From: Blasia pusilla
Taxonomy: Eukaryota
Length of the DNA: 64,000 bases
Reading direction: 5' to 3'
Assembly: GCA_050084515.1 (NCBI GenBank)
Contig: CM114271.1
Location: forward strand, 11,656,001 to 11,720,000
The notes beneath the pieces were generated by a model. The model was not told where the DNA came from. It searched no databases and saw only the letters and a program-made list of their open reading frames with translations. Each line of letters begins with the position of its first letter. Within the stretch, counting starts at the first letter, position 1. Positions 25,074 through 38,170 of this stretch are shown in pieces. A program made the position numbers and the translations under genes.

Positions 25074-26069
25074 ATATGCCACGTAGATTCACAAATTAGC
25101 TTAAGGCCCTGCCCATCAAGAATGAAAATCTGCCCCTAGCAAGTATTCATAAGGAGAAGTATATGTAGAGGCCGTAAGGAAATCAAAGAACAAGAACTAA
25201 GGTAGGTTTGCCTCATATCGTTTGACTTGCACCGACACATCTATCCCGTGTGTTCGGGAACGGAAGGAAGGGGTAAAAATAGGTGAAAAGTGATGAGTTG
25301 GTCCATTAAGCATAAAGAGAACTGCGGTGGCTGTCAAGGCGGTTAGAAGCGGAAGGAGAGGGCGAACGGACGGTAAACAAAGGCCAAAAAGAGATGCTCT
25401 GAAGTACAATCTGAACCGATGACCTCTCGGATGATGGGACAGAGATGTTGGAATAGAAATCTGGGCCGTTGACCTTACGTACAGACTGAGTCACTGAGCC
25501 TGGTAAAAAGTTAATGGAAGAGGACCCCGAAAGACGACGGAGGCCTTGCAACGTACCAGCGTTTCCATCTAGTCCGTCACTTTCGCTCGGTTCGGTGGAT
25601 GGACAGAGGACTTATTTCATCCTTTTGTAAGGTCAAGCTGGTGCTTTAGGTCTTGTCCTGTCGAGTCGATTGAAGATATAAATACGCAGAGGAATTAGTA
25701 ATCGTTATCTTTGCAGGCGATCTCCATTAAGTACCTATGCGTGGGATTGGAGTGCTGATGTACGGGAAGGAGGAGTAGCAAGTTCCTACAGGCTCGCTTT
25801 AAAAGCGAAGTATGGATGAGAACGCACATGACAGGGGGTAGAAGTCGACGAGAAGTGGTGCGGAATTTGAATGTCCTGGGGCTGACTCCCGGACGAGATG
25901 ATAGGAATTCGAAGCGTACGGGAGGGGCTTGAGAAGTTGGAAATGTGGTTCAGGGAACAGAAGGACGGGAAAGGTTGAGGGATAGGATTGTCGCTCGAAG
26001 GACGGGGTTGGAGAGGAAGCGCCGAGGGTCTTGATACGTAGGGAAGGTAAGGTATCGATTCTAGCACAG

Positions 26070-29000
26070 ATGGATCCAGAACAAACATTTCTGAGGGTGC
26101 ACGCCCGTTTATCAGGGGTGCTTTCAAGGCTTTTAACTCCGAGATTCAGAGCAGTATTGGAATACTTGTGCCTTTTCAACGCAATCATGCTGTTGGCACT
26201 GCTTGTAGTCATGCACGTCAACTTTGTGGCTCAGGTATACCCGTTTCCTCTCTTCCACTTATGATTATGTTGTGGTGCTATGTTTCAAGTTTCTGTTTTT
26301 CTTCGTCGTTTGGTTTGAAGGACTGTAGAAAATTTCTCAGTGGATTGGAGCTTGCCGAAATTTTGCAGTAGTCTTGCATCATCAATGTTGCTTGGACGCT
26401 TCTAGTGACTGGCGTAGGTGCAGAACGCGGAAGAAGCGAAGCAAATAAGATATGAGATTTCTCTCAAATAGTCAGTTAGAGCGAGTGCGAGCGTCAGTAG
26501 TGAGCTTCGTATTGTCATCCAGGAAGTTCTGGACAATTCTATGGACCTTGCTTATGCTGGAATCCTGAGAAAATGCTACTACCAGTGCAGCAGTTGTAGG
26601 TTCTGAACCTTGGCCAGTGGGGTCGGGAAACAGCTCTGTTGATATGAAATCAATAACGTTGATCTTTCTGTTGAATTTCTCTTCCACATGGCCAGGTAGT
26701 TTATTCCCATCTCCATTCCCACGATCGGCACGGTTCAAACGTGTTTCTTGTCGTACTCTGTTTGTGGTTTAGGGGTGTTCTCCATTTACTGAACTCGGAC
26801 TTCAATGGGGTTTCCCCAAAGGATTGTCTGAAGGTAGTTCGTGAAGTCTGCTGATTCAGATTACACAGTGAATAGAGACTGGGTTTTTTGTTTTTTTTTC
26901 TGCCGATGCGCTTAGAAAATTCTTCTACTTCTGTGGGTACCGCTGTCCCAAGTCCTCTGCACCAACAATTTGGTCCTTCACGAAGTTGTGATGCTCTAAG
27001 AAATTTTCATCCATGATTTTGCCTGGCTTATGGGCTTCCCTGAGTTCTGATGTTCTCCTTCATAACTTTACGGTGGCCATGGGAAACTGTTTCCTAGAGT
27101 TTCCTTTGTCAATTCAACTTGACTATGTCTGTTCTGTTTGAGTTTGGAGTGGATCTGTTCTGATCCACTCCAAACTCAAATCCCACACCACGCCTATTCC
27201 TTTTGTCTGGTAATAGCATCCTAGACTGCATTGCTATAGGCAATGGAGTGAAGCTTTCATAGTATTGAAGAGAACTCAGGACTTCACTTCAGATGTGATG
27301 GTACAGCAGTGGAAATTGTTTTCAGACCAGACATTCACTTTCATATATTCTTTCGCAGTAGCCTTTTTGATGTGAGCATCCCACATGCAGTCTTCAAAGA
27401 GTTCTACTCCAACGTAGGGGTGAGTGAACATGAGGTTTGCCTGCTCTTCTGATTACCAGTGTTAGTTGTGGTCCTCCTTGCAATGGGAGATAATTATACC
27501 ACTTTCCATGACATTGGCTGTCATGCCCTAGATGTGGCCAGACTCCGATGATAGATCTCATCTCTTGGAAGTTATCCCCATTCTTTTCAAAGACACTATA
27601 CTTGCAAAGCAGGGCTTGCAATAATTTTGTTGACAAGGTCAGGGTGCTGTGGTTACATGAAGCAAAATCAAAGAGTGGTTTGTAACAGTGTGCTGGGAGA
27701 ATGGAAATTGTTATTTTAGATGAAAGTTTCTCCATTGATTGAGCAATTATGAAGATGAAATTGCACAAACGGGAAGAGTCACATCAGTTTTCTTCTGCAT
27801 CATTTTGCCATTTATCCTTTTCAATCATTAGTGCAGAATGTGATGGATCTATCGGAGTAGGTGTAGCCTGAGGGAGTTCATAACCTTTCATTGTGATGGA
27901 CAGCCTGGTTGCTCGGCTGAATTCGCAGCAAGTGAGGTAGCAGAGGCACAGTTGGTTCAGATTAAGGTTTTCTCCTCTGAACTCTGATTCCGTCTGTACA
28001 TAGGATTGCTTGTGTTTCTCGTTTAATCTACATCATTTACAATTATCCAGCTGATAGTGATCATGAATCTATTTCTTAGAAACCATTGTAAAGTGATACA
28101 TCTACCTTTCACGCGTGGATTTCTATAAAAATGGCTTAGCATCCACCGCAGAGCTTACTTTCATAAGATGGACTCAGACTCGCGTTCCCATAATATCTTA
28201 AGGAACTTTTGTAAATGCTGCTACAGATTACTGGTAGTTGGAACCAGATTGCTGAAGACTCTCTCATCAGTCAAACGAGTTTTGATGAGAAGAACAAAGA
28301 TTGTCAAGGGGAAGGCATGTTAGCCCATGGTGAAACAGAACGTTCTCAAAGCTTACTTTCTCCCCAAGTTCCAGATGTTGGTGGGGAAGGCTGGAACATT
28401 TTGGCTGCTAAGTTTTGGCTGAATCTAATTGGTACCAATGCTCGAAGAAGCCAGGCGGCCAAAAGAAACTTTAAGGTTGAAAGAGAAGTAGACACGAGTA
28501 ATCATATTAATGTACCTGAAGTATCCAGCAGCAACCCGGTGAGTCGAGAGAGCAGCTCTAAAGAGAGTGTAACCGCAGAAGTCACTCCTCGACCTCTTGC
28601 TGGGCCAGGGAGAGGCCCACTTGGAACAGCTTTGTTGCACTACATGGCCCGATGGAGTAGCTATGTTGCCGTCTGTGCCAAGAGAGCAGAGCAAAGTTTA
28701 AGGAGCTTTTGGCAAATTTGGGTGAGTCACCCCTGTTGGTAAACCCTCGGTTTTCCTCTTGGGGTTCTGTATACCCTCATGATTCTTGTTTGTAAGTGGG
28801 ATTGATCTGTGTTGACTATTCTAACCTTTCTCTCTTCTCTACAGGAATATCCTCCTTCATGTTTGGTTTTGTCTTTTTTGTTGAAGTGTCTTATTAGGCC
28901 TATGGGCCATGAACAAGGATGGGGAAGAAGGAGAGCTATCTAAGTGTTTCATTCAAATTTATTATTATAAAAGTTGTTAGGACGATCGTTTTATTAGTGG

Positions 29001-32000
29001 CACTATATTTATTCCTTTTAGTCGGAAATTACACTCTTGCCCAAGCTTTGTCTGAGATTGTTTCTGCCACATTAACCTTATGGCAAACAGAGAATTACAG
29101 GCTGGGAACCCTTCACAGCATCTCCAAAGGGTGATCGTCGCAGTGTAGCATGGAACAAGCTAGATACAGTTCTCGGTGAGTTGTCTTCTGATTTGCTCCA
29201 TTGTTGGAAAAAGGTTTTTTTTTTGCTTCACAAGTTGGTGATGCGTGATGTCCTGCTTTCCTGCTTAAGGTCAAGGGGGGCTCTGAGCAGAGAACTTGAA
29301 TTTTGAAGACAAAGACCTACAGCAGATGTCATATACTTGCCTTGTCCAATGGTAGATCTACGCTTTTCCCAGCCTCTTTTGCTTCTCGCTGAAAATCTGA
29401 CTAGTTTGATCCCATTCTTTACTTCCATCACTGGCACCCTTTTCTCCCAACCTTTCTTCATCTCGAAAAAGTTTCTCTCGAAAGCCCGTGTGCCCAAGAA
29501 CTGCTAGTTTTTAATTGTACTGGAAGCCAGCAAGTGTTGTGTCCTTGACTCCTAACATCTATGTTTTAACTTCAGTGGATCTTTCAGAGAAGAGAAGAAA
29601 GGTTCTTGATCCTACATATCTGTACAGTGTAGAAAAGGTGAGATCACAGACACAATCTCTTTTTCTTATAATGTGTACATATTCACCACAGTGATATCTC
29701 TGCTTGTACTTGTCGGGCTGATGTCCAAGGATGCGTTTTGGAATGTAAAAGTATTGTGATTAGGGGCAACCTAGTCTATGAGATCCCTCTTGTTAGTAGG
29801 CTTTCATTGCAGTCAAGTTCTAGCCATGTACAGAATTCAGGTTGGGCTTATGCAACTGGCTCTGTCTATCCGTAGGGTTACCTGATACTCTCTGAAGGAG
29901 CCAAGTTTCAGCACAACATAAAAACTGTTAATGTTTCTATCTCAGCACAAAATGCCTGCTTTGGTAACAGGTAAGAGGCCTTTTTGTTTCTTTGTCCAGA
30001 AAGTTATGGCAAAGCTTTATCTATAATGATGTTAAAGTCAACATCTCTTATAAATCTTCTCGTAGCTGAAGCCAGCTGGTGTGAATATGGAGAAAACTGC
30101 CAGGAACTACTATTCTCTCTGATTTCCTCAACCTCTCTAGATGTTAGTTCTCTCGCGAGTTAGACACCACAGTGACCTCTCATCACACAGGTGGACTCCG
30201 CTTGGGAATGAGCCTGGACACAGGATCTAGAGAGAAGATTCCTCACATCTCACTCGCACTCTCATTAACACCTCAGCAGAATTTGTAGTGAAGAATGTAT
30301 CCAATGAGGAACAGTGCGCCTCATCACCATTACTTATGAAAATTGCAGAGACACATCCACCAGCCCATGGTAACAGGCTGGATGCAAGTTCAGCTCGTGA
30401 ACCTAACTCTAGTGAACGAAGTCCTCTGTGAGACAGTTGAACTCTAAATTACTCAGCTCTACCTGAGACCAAGTTAAGTCAATCATCTGTACGAGCTACA
30501 CGCATTGTATCTGCCCTGAGATGGAACTAGTCCTAACAGTCTGGGGAAAGAGGAACCCTCCGGTTTATGCCTGATGGATTTGGAGGTTCTGGAAATTTAA
30601 CTTCGAAGTTCATGGATTATTAGACTCAATTGTCTTGATTTTCATTCACGTTTGCGAGAGAGTAGTCAGGATTGCTTAATTTAGTTCATGCTGTAGCTCA
30701 TGATGTAGTACATTGTGCTTTGTACAGCCAGGCAGTGGGTATCACTGATTGTTGCTGTTGTGTAGAAGTTTTTCATTTTCAGAGAAAAAAAACTGGATTC
30801 AGCTTCTCCAGGAAAAATGGCAAGTCAAAGAATAATTATCTACATTTTGTGGTGAATAGATGGCAGCAGCTTTTGATTGACAACTTTGTGGGATACGACA
30901 CAATTCTCATGAACAGTTTGTTAAATGCTCGAGAAAAAGGTATGTGAAGAATATGGTTGTTGGTTTGCTTGTCACATTCTAGTAGATTACTCACATTTGG
31001 CACTAGATCAGTCTAAGGTTAAGTGAAGTCTTTGATAAGGATGAAATATTCTCGTTGTTTCTTGCAGGATATCTCTACAACTTTCAAACAAAGGAGCTTT
31101 ATAATCTCAACTACCTTCAAGAGTTCAGTGGAATCCCATATGGCTTTGAAGGCCAGTTTCATGTCTCGTCACATTCCTTGTTTGCATTTCTTAGGAGTGT
31201 TGGTTCCTTGTCTAGCACTGGGTTGTCAGGAACCATAGTGCCAAGCAAATAGCTATTATTACAGATTTAATTTTGATTGGGAAATTGAGACTTAGTCTGT
31301 GGCATTCAAATGTTGTAGGAATTGCAATTGATCCCAAGTTCAAGACTTTATTTTGATCAACAATCTGTGGTCTAATGCAGATTATATAGTCTTCAAGTGT
31401 GGAGTTCTCATTACTTCTCTCTTCGTCTTCTTCACGACAACAATGTCTGTCTCATTCACATTGCGAGAGACACAGGCTCGCATGCTGAAGTTCACTGGTA
31501 AGTATGTGGCGTGGAATAAATTGTGCCTGTGTCATCAATGGTCAAGTCAGTTATTGTAGGATGTGGTACATGTTTCGTTTGCACTAACCTCAAAAGTGGA
31601 CCATTTGGACTTTAGTCTGCCCATGCATATAGCCGAAGAAGCTCATGGGTATTATCTTGGAAGAAACTCTCTAAGCAGAACCAGTACAACTGATACAGTC
31701 AGTGTCTAGGCATTGGAGAATTCAAAGTTTTAGTTACTAAAAGGTTTCAACTTACAGTGCAACTGCAGCATCATGCTCGCCATCGGTTACCAACGTACCG
31801 GCTCATATTTGTGCATGTCATCGAATCCCTTGTATTCGTACCTGTAAGTACAATCACCGTTTCTTTATAGAAGTGGCAATGAGTGTGCCTGAGGTATTTC
31901 AGGTGATTCATATTAAGTAAATTCATGGCTGACCTTGTAAGAGGTTTCAAAACTTGAAATAATGAAGATGTGAAAATCTGGCTTTTCATGGGTTCTCTTG

Positions 32001-33788
32001 ATGTATTGATATTTTGCTTGTGGATACTTCATGATGAGGTTTTAAGCTAGGTATACTTCCTTCCTTGCCTTCATTGAATTTAGCAGTATTTACAAGCAGG
32101 TGAATGTGGTTTACGTCCATGCAGATTATGGTGGGGATTCTGCTATTTACCAAGAGACTGATGTCTCGCTCCTGTTTGCAGATTATGATAGGGATTCTGT
32201 TTTTCTTGTTCGAATTCTTTGACGATCAGCTTCTAGCCTTCATGGTTCTCACTCTTGTTTGGCTTTGTGAACTCTACACCATGATAAGGTACTGCAGTGT
32301 TTCCAGCACCTTTATTCCTTTCTCAAATTTGTAACCTGTGGGTCGAAAGTGGCAGGATGAGTGTGGTGATCCATATTGAAGTCAACATGAGCAAAATTGT
32401 CTACTTGGGAAACAGTTTTTAGGATTGTCCACTAAATCGCATATTAATCCTAGATTCCTTGTTTGCAGTGTAAGGACACCTCTATCGATGCAATATTTTC
32501 CTCGTTTCTTCTTCTTGTACTTCATGGTATTCCACATCTACTTCTTTTCTTACACATACGGTAAGATTCCTAATATCTCTTATTGTTGAATTCTCTGTGA
32601 AGATGGGTCATTCATTTTCTTTGATTTTTTAATGGTGGTTCTTGATTGAACTCTTGCTTATCAATCTTTTATGAGCAAAGTTCTTTATAGGACTTGTTAC
32701 ACCAGTCCAGTTAAACTCATCAGTGTCACCTTTTTACTCTGGATTTACAGGATTTTCTTACTTGGCATTTTCTGCCACTGGTGCTTTCATGCAGCATTTA
32801 GTGCTTTACTTTTGGAATCGCTTTGAGGTGCTACCTTCAACTTTTTCATTTTCTGCAAGCCACTGCCTTTCCATCTGTTGAAACACAAAAGAGCAATTCT
32901 GTTGTATGGGGGAGGTTACAAGTTATGGTTTATGGAAAAAATGTTTATAACTCTCTGATATGACAGGTTCCTGCTCTCCAGCACTTTCTAAGGAGGAGGG
33001 CTCTTTTACAACAGCAGGGTCTGCACATCACTTCCTCAGCCATACTCACTTCTGCCGTGCAAGTTGCTCGGCTGACCAGCAGCTCTGGCATGGGTGATGT
33101 CGGCAATGTTTCGTTGAATGGAAATAATCAGACGGCTGGCTTTTCTGTGACTGAGACAAGGAGCCAAGGCGTGGACAGCCAGACACCTGATGGCTCTGCT
33201 CGGTTGACGTTGGACAGACGTGTAGCTAGGGACCAGAGAGGTTCTCAAACAACCCCTGAAGGTTATTCTTTGTCAAGTAGGAGTTCTGGTGTATCTGTGG
33301 ATGTTAGCACACGTTTCTTTCATGACAGCAACAGGAATTTTAACACTGGACTTGGTATTTTGATTCCAAGTGTTCCCAGTGTACCAAGTGACGAAGTGGA
33401 TAGGGTCTCCAATCTGAGCACAAGAAATGGTTTAGACAGGCAGAGTGGAGACGGTGAGGGTGATGATGGTAATGGCAGAGATAGAAGTAGGAGCACCGTA
33501 TTGAATGATCAACAAGGATCTGGTCGAGTAGTGCAGGTATCACCAGGCGAAGCTACACATTCTGGGCCTTTCAGTTCGCTTGGATCTGTATTGCCATGGC
33601 TGTTGGGAAGCAGTAGTGGAAATTTGGTTTCTTTCTTCCCAATCTTTCGGGACTTCCAAGATAACCAGGAGTTTGGTACTGCAGTCACTACTGAGCAAGG
33701 AGAGGATGGGATCTTCCACAGGCCTGTGCAAAGAGGAGTGAATGGCGAGACAAGATTACGACGACGGGCTTTACACACTTCAACTTAA
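26070..33788 (+). CDS. Membralin (TMEM259)-like protein, 14 coding exons: 26070-26234, 27904-27966, 28227-28721, 29091-29175, 29576-29637, 29876-29970, 30860-30939, 31068-31151, 31381-31497, 31758-31843, 32182-32288, 32469-32560, 32751-32827, 32967-33788
   Basis: MDPEQTFLRVHARLSG...MHVNFVAQ, RWQQLLIDNFVGYDTILMNSL, FFTTTMSVSFTLRETQARMLKFT and GILFFLFEFFDDQLLAF are plant membralin motifs. Splice phases were checked by hand. Confidence 0.92.
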
Positions 33789-35220
33789 GTATGAGTTTAT
33801 GCAGTTTGTTTGGGCTACCTAAATGGTGTTTTTCACATGAAGTGTCTGGACATACATGCTTTTCCCCTACCGAAGGAAACTTAACTGGAGATTTAAGTGT
33901 GGCTAGGAGGTTAGCTGGATGGATATCCAGGACTTGACTCCTCTGAAGAAGAAATAATTTTCCTTCGCTCTATTCAATTTTTTCCAATCAAAGCCCTCTT
34001 GATATTCCACTTGGCCTGGTCAGTCTATGAACCAACTCTGAACTGACTTAGGCTCCTGTAAAAAGACAGACTCTTCAGTTTAGTCTTATTCTATCCTTGG
34101 GGAGGATTTACTCTGTAGATGTGAAGGCCGGCACAGTTGAGATGATGTACAGGGAGGAAGGATGGCTGTGAATTATGGCCGAATAGAATCATTGCTCTCG
34201 AAATTGTACCATATAATATTTTTCTAGATAAGAGAAATCTAGATTCCGTAGTGCACTCTGAAAGGGTTTTCTCTGCAGCTGTTGTAGTTAAGCCTTACCA
34301 CTTGGGATTCACATATCCAAGGTGGACAAGGCTTGGGCGCAGTCATATGTGATTGTGATACCACAATTCGCTCATCGCAGCATCCAGCTTACCGAAAGGA
34401 GCAAAATACAGTGAATGTTACATGTGGTGTGCTGCATGCAGGATTCTCTCAGACGCATCACAGCTCCCTTTGGAAATGACAAATGTGGATAGTGGGATGC
34501 GTTAGTGCCAAGCTATTCTTTCCAATGGAAAGACACATGTGAACCTTGTAGTCCACATTTTTGGATAGAGGTGACTTTAATTCACCTAATTGTTCTGTTT
34601 ACTAGGAGAGCAAAATTATTTGAGGTGAAAATCTTACCTTGAAGAGGGAGTGCAGACTAATGACAAGGAGTAGGGATCCTCTTTCACAGTTGGGCCTTTC
34701 CTTAGAGATGTTTGCCAAATTCTTGATGTAATTGCACACAAGACAGATTGTATACCAATTGTCCCCATAAGAGCCCATGTCTTGAATCGATAGTTTCTTA
34801 TGGCCTGTTTTAAAGCCAATGTTATAGGCAGTTCTAAAAAACAAGGATTTTACCCTACTTCTAGTCTAAGAGGTTTTTCCTTGGTTGGAAATCCATGGTT
34901 GGAGATTTGTCACATGGATCACATGTAAGACAACAAGACATCAGCTTGGAGAGGACACGTAAATGTCCTAGAATGTCTAAATATCGGTTTGGTAATCGAT
35001 GTCCATAGGTTACAAATCATCATTTCTCAATCATTGTATCTAGTCTTGTATGCTCATGCATTGATTCTGTCTTTTGATTGATGTTCTTAGTTGGGAATAT
35101 ACCTTGATAATTGTAAAGGGTTAGTGACATGAGAGATTGTAATTCCTCCTGAGGAGGCAACTCTAGAGGTACCTCCTCCTCTTATTAGAGATACCTCCTC
35201 CTGAGGAGGTACCTCTAGTA

Positions 35221-36811
35221 CATCTTTAGCTTTCACCTCATAGACAAAAATGGTTTAGAGACTCTTTTCCACATAGTTGCGAATGCATGCAAACATGATC
35301 GCCCATCCATTCAACATCCTAGAGCAAAAATCAAAGCTAATCCAACTTGCAAATAGACATTCTCCCTCCTTCATTCTTTCGACAAGATCCAGGCCATTAG
35401 ATGATTTTGTAGTAGACATTTTGTAGACATAAATTCTGAATCCTTCGTCTCCTTGGCCGATGAACTTTCACCTCTGAATGAATGGAAACCTCGAGTTAGC
35501 TTTGATCTTGGCGTTGGCATCCATCTTGGCGGTCTTTCCATTAATTATTTATGTTTGACACAGTAAGTTCATGACGCATTCAGGATCAGCCAGGAATGCA
35601 AAAATTTTCCCATAGTTGTTCCTCCTCAAATGCAGTGATTTCCCCTTGACCAGGGATTCCCAGGAATTGTTCACAAATTTGTGATGTTATTGTCAATTTG
35701 ATCATTTCGGGTTTTCATCTCGGAGAGTTTTTATATACCTTCGTCACTTTCTTTGTCACATCCTCCTTGATGTGTGTGTGAATTACATCGATAACATGAT
35801 GAGTGTGAAACCCAACACGAATTGCCAGTCTAGTATACTCGGACATACAACTATAGTCGTGTACTATGAAAAAAACATAAGCCGGACACGCTCTAACACA
35901 GAAAGGGGAGGCTTGACAATGAAAACATCGATGGCCACCCAGCGGTATGGTCTTACCAACCGCATAAGGAGTTTTTGTATTTTTGGGGGGAATTTTGAGG
36001 TATTCACTACCCCCTTCCGCTCGAGGAAAGGGCATCCAAGAATTCTATACTCTAAGGCTCCAAGGCATTGGCGACAAGACACAATCCAAGGACTACCTGG
36101 GATTGAAGCGCTCGTCCGTTGCAGTCTGCACCATGGGTGACAGTTCAATTTTTGGTCCATACCCTTCAAGCGTCCTCCATCTTTCCTTTTAGCAGGATCG
36201 ATAAGTGGAGGCAGCTTGAAAATACAGTTTCCATCATACGTGGCTGACAGCTCATCCACAAGAATGTGCTTCAACAATTTCAAGGGAAGAGACGAAAGCA
36301 AAGAATTCCCTAAAACTCGAAGCAAGAATGAGTAAGCATATGTCGGGTCTCATATGTTTCCAACAGATCCCGTGAGATCGACGACATCCGGAATGTCTCT
36401 AGCTTGAACCACATTGTTAGGAACTTGTGAGTTTGGAGTCGATGTTGGATTGACAAAAGCAGCGGTACCAAACGTGGAGCTCGGAGCACTAAAGATTTCC
36501 AACCGTGAACATGAGTCAGAGTGGGCCTCAAAAGTAGACCATAACTCTGAATTTTCCATTGGAGTAAGGTAAGAGATTCCACACTTTGGAGGCTCCAATC
36601 TCTGGCTGGATTGTTTCACTTGCGACGTCATCCGTTCCATCAATCTTGACATTCTTGGAAACAAAGATGGTTCCAAACTGGAGCAGCAATCGGAATGAAA
36701 GGAAATGTTCTTCAACAGTACATGAGAGTCACCAGGTTGGGCTTGAATTATCTCCGACTGAGGAAGGGCCGCTAGATGACTGCCATATGTGAGCTTCACA
36801 TAATTTTCCAT
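35221..36811 (-). pseudogene. MULE-type transposase fragment with a Cys/His-rich (GCM/WRKY-like) N-terminal domain; 3' truncated
   Basis: YDGNCIFKLPP...MDQKLNCHPW...CLGALE...CPFL...CFHC...CPA...GFHTH, then VYKMS...GLDLVERMKEG...WISFD...GW...TIFVYEVKAKD from manual translation of 35221-35460. Confidence 0.65.
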
Positions 36812-37069
36812 TTGAGTGTGACAGAGATATGATTCGCCCAGAAAGAATGCGAATGAGAATGAGAATGTTGAATTTATAGTTGATGGTATCCGTTAAGACT
36901 CTGACAATGGTTGGTAGTTAGGTTGAACCATCGTCAGCTGCTTGGACCAGCCAGAAAGGAATATTCGTATATCCTTACACTTGGTATACAAGCCTTTATA
37001 GGGGATATTGTTAGTGAACCCATAGAATTCCTCTAGGACATATGGGGAAAGAGTCCCCACGGGGTCCTT

Positions 37070-38170
37070 CAACCCGTCGGAATCCGACGGGTTGAATAGA
37101 CATAGTGAAATGGCCTATGGGACCCTTTGAGTCTCCAAAGTGCAACCCGTAGGGTTCCGTTCGATTGCACTGTATCGAGAGATGGGTTGGAAGAAGATCA
37201 TGAAGTTTCTCCCAGTGCAACCTGTTGGACTCCGTTGGGTTGCATAACGACACTAGATGGGCAGGGACAATGTCATGGTGCAACTTGTCGGACTCCGACG
37301 GGTTGTAGTTTGACATGAGACGGGCTGCGAGGTCACAAAATTTGTCTCAACGCAACTCGTCGGATTCCGTCGGGTCGTAAGAAGACACTAGATGGATAGG
37401 AAGAATGTCATGGTGCAACCCGTCGAAGTCCGACAGGTTGTAGTGTGACACAAGATGGGTTGGAAGAAGGTCAAGAATTTTTTCCGAGTGCAACTTGTTA
37501 GATTCCGCCGGGTTGCATAAAGACACTCGATGGGCAGGGAGAATGTCATTGTGCAACCCGTCCGACTCCAACGGGTTGTAGTTTGACACGAGATGGGCTG
37601 GGAGGTCATGAAGTTCGTCTGAACGCAACTTGTCAAATTCTGTCGGGTCGCCAAAAGACACTAGATGGGCAGGAAGAATGTCACGGTGCAACCCGTTGGA
37701 GCCCGATGGGTTGTAGTGTGACACGAGATGGGCTGGGAGAAGGTCAAGAATTTCGTGAGAGTGCAACTCGTTGGATTCCGTTGGGTGGCATAAAGACACT
37801 CGATGGGTAGGGAGAATGTCATTGTGCAACGCGTCGCACTCCGACGAGTTGTAGTTTGACACAAGATGGGCTGGGAGGTCATGAAGTTAGTCTGAGCGCA
37901 ACTCGTGGAATTTTGTCGAGTCGTAAAAAGACGCTAGATGCGCATGAAGAATGTCATGGTGCAACCCGTCGGAGTTCGACGAGTTGTAGTGTGACACAAG
38001 ATGGGTTGGAAGAAGGTCATGAATTTTGTCCAAGTGCAACTCAGACACTTGATGGGCAAGGAGTGTCATGATGCAACCCGTCAGAGTTTGAAAGGGTTGC
38101 ACGCATCCCACGCGGAATACGGGGCGTAACGGCCTATCGTTGCTGTTGCAACCCGTGGCATTCTGACAAG
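37070..38170. repeat. Tandem array of ~29-bp palindromes with a 273-bp higher-order unit
   Basis: Palindromes start at 37141, 37216, 37279, 37351, 37414, 37489, 37552, 37624, 37687, 37762, 37825, 37897, 37960 and 38035. Confidence 0.93.

Noticed and set aside
35140-35220. CCTCCTGAGGAGG / AGAGGTACCTC palindromic cluster as a regulatory element
   Set aside because: Short and located at the truncation point of the transposase; probably part of another repeat, with no supportable function.
37070-38170. CRISPR-like array of palindromic repeats with spacers
   Set aside because: The spacers are homologous and recur every 273 bp, the repeats are degenerate, there are no cas genes, and the context is eukaryotic.
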